The notes beneath the pieces were generated by a model. It was given only the letters and a program-made list of their open reading frames with translations. It was not told where the DNA came from and did not search any database. A stretch of DNA of 63,833 nt, the filler included, from Guillardia theta CCMP2712 (taxonomy: Eukaryota > Protista > Cryptophyta), in the NCBI RefSeq assembly GCF_000315625.1. It is 5 parts of 5 records of this genome, joined end to end, with 100 filler letters (N's around TTAATTAATTAA, not from the genome) between each part and the next. Parts side by side here need not be neighbours in the genome. Positions count along the whole stretch, not along the records: positions 60,839 to 62,472 come from NW_005434044.1; positions 62,573 to 63,833 come from NW_005434618.1; 3 more parts are not named here. One strand, given 5' to 3'. How positions within the stretch are numbered: position 1 is the stretch's first letter; each line of letters begins with the position of its first letter. Both the position numbers and the translations under genes were made by a program. Positions 60,839-63,833 of the stretch are shown here, in pieces.

Positions 60839-61751
60839 CATCCATCACGTAGGGCACGTTGCCTGCAGTTGCGAATTAGATAAGCGATAACAACGAAGGA
60901 AGCAAACAAAAATAGTAGAAGTAGTAGGAGGAGGATTAGGGGGAGGGGATCCGAGGAGAAGGAGGAGGAGGAGCAGAGAACGAGGAGCAGGAGCAGGAGC
61001 AGGAGAAGGAGCAGGAGAAGGAGCAGAAGAAGGAGCAGGAGGAGGAGGAGGAACAACCTTCTTCTTGTCCGGGCAGGAAGCCCGAGAGCATGGTAGGAAG
61101 ACCGACTATGCTCGCCTCAGCTATGGTGCCAGGACCAGCCTTGGTGACGATACAGTCCGCGGCGATCTGAGAGGAGGTAAGAGAGCGAGGGAGGAGGAGA
61201 AGAAGCAAGCAGAGGACGAGGAAGTGGAGGAAGAGCTGAAGGGGGAGGAGAGAGAGATAGCGAGGGAGGAGGAAGAGGAGGAGTGGTAGGAGAGAAGGAG
61301 GAGGAGGAGGAGGGGTAGGAGGAGGAGGAGGAGGAGGAGGGGAGGAGGAGGAGGAGGAGACCATCCACTCGTCCATGTTGGAAACGAATCCGTTGATAAT
61401 GACGTCAACGTTGGTGGGCCAGAAGCGAGAGGAGAGAGCCTGAAGCTTGAGATCAGCCGGAGAAAAGCAGAGAAGGAGGAGCAGCAGGAGCAGGAGGAGG
61501 ACGAGGACGAGGAAGAGGAGCAGGAGGAGGAGAGGGGGAGGAGGAGGAGGAGGAGGAGTACCTTCTTGACTGCCTCATTCTTGCCACAGATAACAACTAC
61601 TTGCACATTCTCCTTCACATCCTTGAGCTGATCCCCCACAGCCTCCGCGATCTTCTGCAGCCCTCCCACTCCGTCGCCTCCTCCCACCACCAGCACCGTC
61701 GGCACTTGCTGCTGGTCATGTCAGGACCAGACGAGGATAAAACATGATGGA

Positions 61752-61806
<55 letters not shown>

Positions 61807-62133
61807 AACGGAGAAGATGAGCGGTTGAACCTTCAATCCCAGACTTGCTCTTATCTTGGCGTTGTGTCCTCGCTTTGACCCGGCGTCCCAAAAGCCCTGG
61901 AGGACAAGAAAGTGAGTGGAGGAAGCGAGCAGAAGGCGTCAAGAGACAGAAGACAAGAAGAGCATGAGGAACTTATTGCTGTGTCTGTTGCGGAGAAGGA
62001 GAGGGAAGGGGAGCAGGAGAGGAGGATACCTGTCGAACAGGAAGGCCATGTTTCTTGATCTTGGATGGATCCACTCCCTTCCTCTCGGCAATCTTTGCGA
62101 TAGCATCTCCTGGCACACAACACTTGTCCACGT
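60839..62133 (-). CDS. MGD: Monogalactosyldiacylglycerol synthase (GT28), partial between gaps
   Basis: HGLPVRQGF; [11 protein letters not shown]; VVVICGKN; [10 protein letters not shown]; [35 protein letters not shown]|NVPYV. Confidence 0.93.
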
Positions 62134-62579
62134 CCTACCAACCAATCATTCCTCTTCCTCCCCCTCCCTTGCCCAGCCTCCCTCCTCCTCCTCCTCCTCC
62201 TCCTCCTCCTCCTCCTCCTCCTCCTCCTCCTCCTCCTCCGCCTCTTCATTGTCTGTTTCCGTCTACCACTTCTTCTCCCTACTTCATCCTCCTCCGTCTC
62301 CACCTCCATCTCCTGCTCCTCCTCTACCTCCTCCTACAAGACGAATAATGAGGAATAGTGGAGGATGGTGTATATGGAGATGAAGAAGGTCGTGGTGAAC
62401 GAGTTCATGCACTAATGACGACTACGAGGACATGCAGAATGAGCTTTAACTGCGTCCGACTGTTATTGTTATNNNNNNNNNNNNNNNNNNNNNNNNNNNN
62501 NNNNNNNNNNNNNNNNTTAATTAATTAANNNNNNNNNNNNNNNNNNNNNNNNNNNNNNNNNNNNNNNNNNNNATCGCTA

Positions 62580-63833
62580 TGAGCCCGAAAAGAACCAGCA
62601 CTGCTGGTCCGAGCTCGCCTGCTTCCTCCCCGGCATCGGTCGGGTCCCGCCGGTCCTTGGGCATTGCTGCGGCGTCGCCGCCGTCACGGGCGGCTTCTCG
62701 CTGTGGACTGTGTGCCTGCCGGTTCAGCTTGTTCCTGCTTTGTTTTGCTTGAGGCACTTTTTACCTTCTGCCAGTAAATCCTATACTACCGCTGACTCGG
62801 CTACCGCTGACTCGGAGGCTAGCGAGGAGGACTACCTCGAGCGGTACCGTGTTCCTGTGTCCAGCCTCCCTCCGAGGGAGCCTCCTGTGTCCAGCCTCCC
62901 TCCGAGGGAGCAGGAGCATGCAGGAGGCAGAATGGTTATGGATTTACTGGCAGAAGGGAAAAAGTGCCTCAAGCAAAACAAAGCAGGAACAAGCTAAACC
63001 TCCTGGCACAAATGGTCAGTCGGCTGCCTCCGGGTATCGCGTCTAAGGGATTTTATTTCTCCTGCATGCTCCTGCTGCTTGTTGCTTGATTGCTTGACCC
63101 TTAGGCTNNNNNNNNNNNNNNNNNNNNNNNNNNNNNNNNNNNNNNNNNNNNNNNNNNNNNNNNNNNNNNNNNNNNNNNNNNNNNNNNNNNNNNNNNNNNN
63201 NNNNNNNGCGATGCCGCGTCTGGGTGCCAGCAGTGCTGGTTCTTTTCGGGCTTGTGTTTTGTGTGTGATTGTGCAGCTTCTCGCTGTGCGCTGTGTGCCT
63301 GGAGCACGGTTTAGCTTGTTCCTGCTTTGTTTTGCTTGAGGCACTTTTTCCCTTCTGCCAGTAAATCCATAACCAGCCACAAAAGGAGGAATAAAATCCC
63401 TTAGACGCGATGGCCCCGACGATCGGCGCGGAGCTGGCGAGGCGTCTCCGTCCCTCACTGTGACGTCGGGTGCCTCCGGAGAGCTCGACACCACTGGGGT
63501 GCTTGCTGCTGGTCCGAGCTCGCCTGCTTCCTCCCCGGCATCGGTCGGGTCACGCCGGTCCTTGGGCATTGCCGCGGCGTCGCCGCCGTCACGGGCGGCT
63601 ACCACTGACTCGGCTACCGCTGACTCGGAGGCTAGCGAGGAGGACTACCTCGAGCGGTACCGTGTTCCTGTGTCCAGCCTCCCTCCGTCCGCTGCCCCTG
63701 GCGGACACCCCTGGACCCCCGGGCAGCGCCGGCTCCTTGTCGGCGGCTGCCCTTTCTCCGTCCGCGGCCGCCCGCTTTGTGGCGGCTCCGGACGTCTCGA
63801 CTGACTGTGGTCATTCGGCTGCCTCCGGGTATC
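62580..63833. mobile_element. Second nested/scrambled cluster of the CRE-like non-LTR family
   Basis: Same ORF-end and 3' UTR modules as 28850-30830, in both orientations. Confidence 0.75.

Overview
Eukaryotic, intron-rich, microsatellite-rich draft scaffold with many N gaps and TTAATTAATTAA scaffold spacers. The short introns, an AFAP-type plastid presequence, an MGDG synthase and signal peptide+LRGG proteins suggest a secondary-plastid alga, possibly a cryptophyte such as Guillardia theta (inference). Recognisable genes are: a CASTOR/POLLUX-like channel; a polycystin-2-like channel fused to ankyrin repeats and a SAM domain; a Gly-repeat membrane-anchored protein; PP5; an RRM-UIM-UBA protein; BTG/Tob; a UBAC2/rhomboid-like-UBA protein; a four-domain NALCN/Cch1-like channel with an apparent D-D-K-D filter; a RING-H2 ligase; a U-box-tyrosine-kinase-ARM protein; a coiled-coil-SH3 protein; two ankyrin proteins; a SAM protein; and MGDG synthase. 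Three signals stand out. (1) An intron-containing, internally deleted Crypton-type tyrosine-recombinase gene is bracketed by inverted copies of a ~41-bp motif (TTTACTCAAAGTTAAGTTAAAAATCAGTACGAGGAC). The same motif is scattered through intergenic DNA, forms a 98-bp MITE-like unit and forms a recombination-site-like arm-6bp-arm junction. (2) A CRE-like non-LTR retrotransposon has its 3' end repeatedly nested into its own copies in both orientations. (3) CCGG-dense intergenic islands occur against an apparently CCGG-poor background. Exon structures were inferred by eye, so gene ends are approximate.
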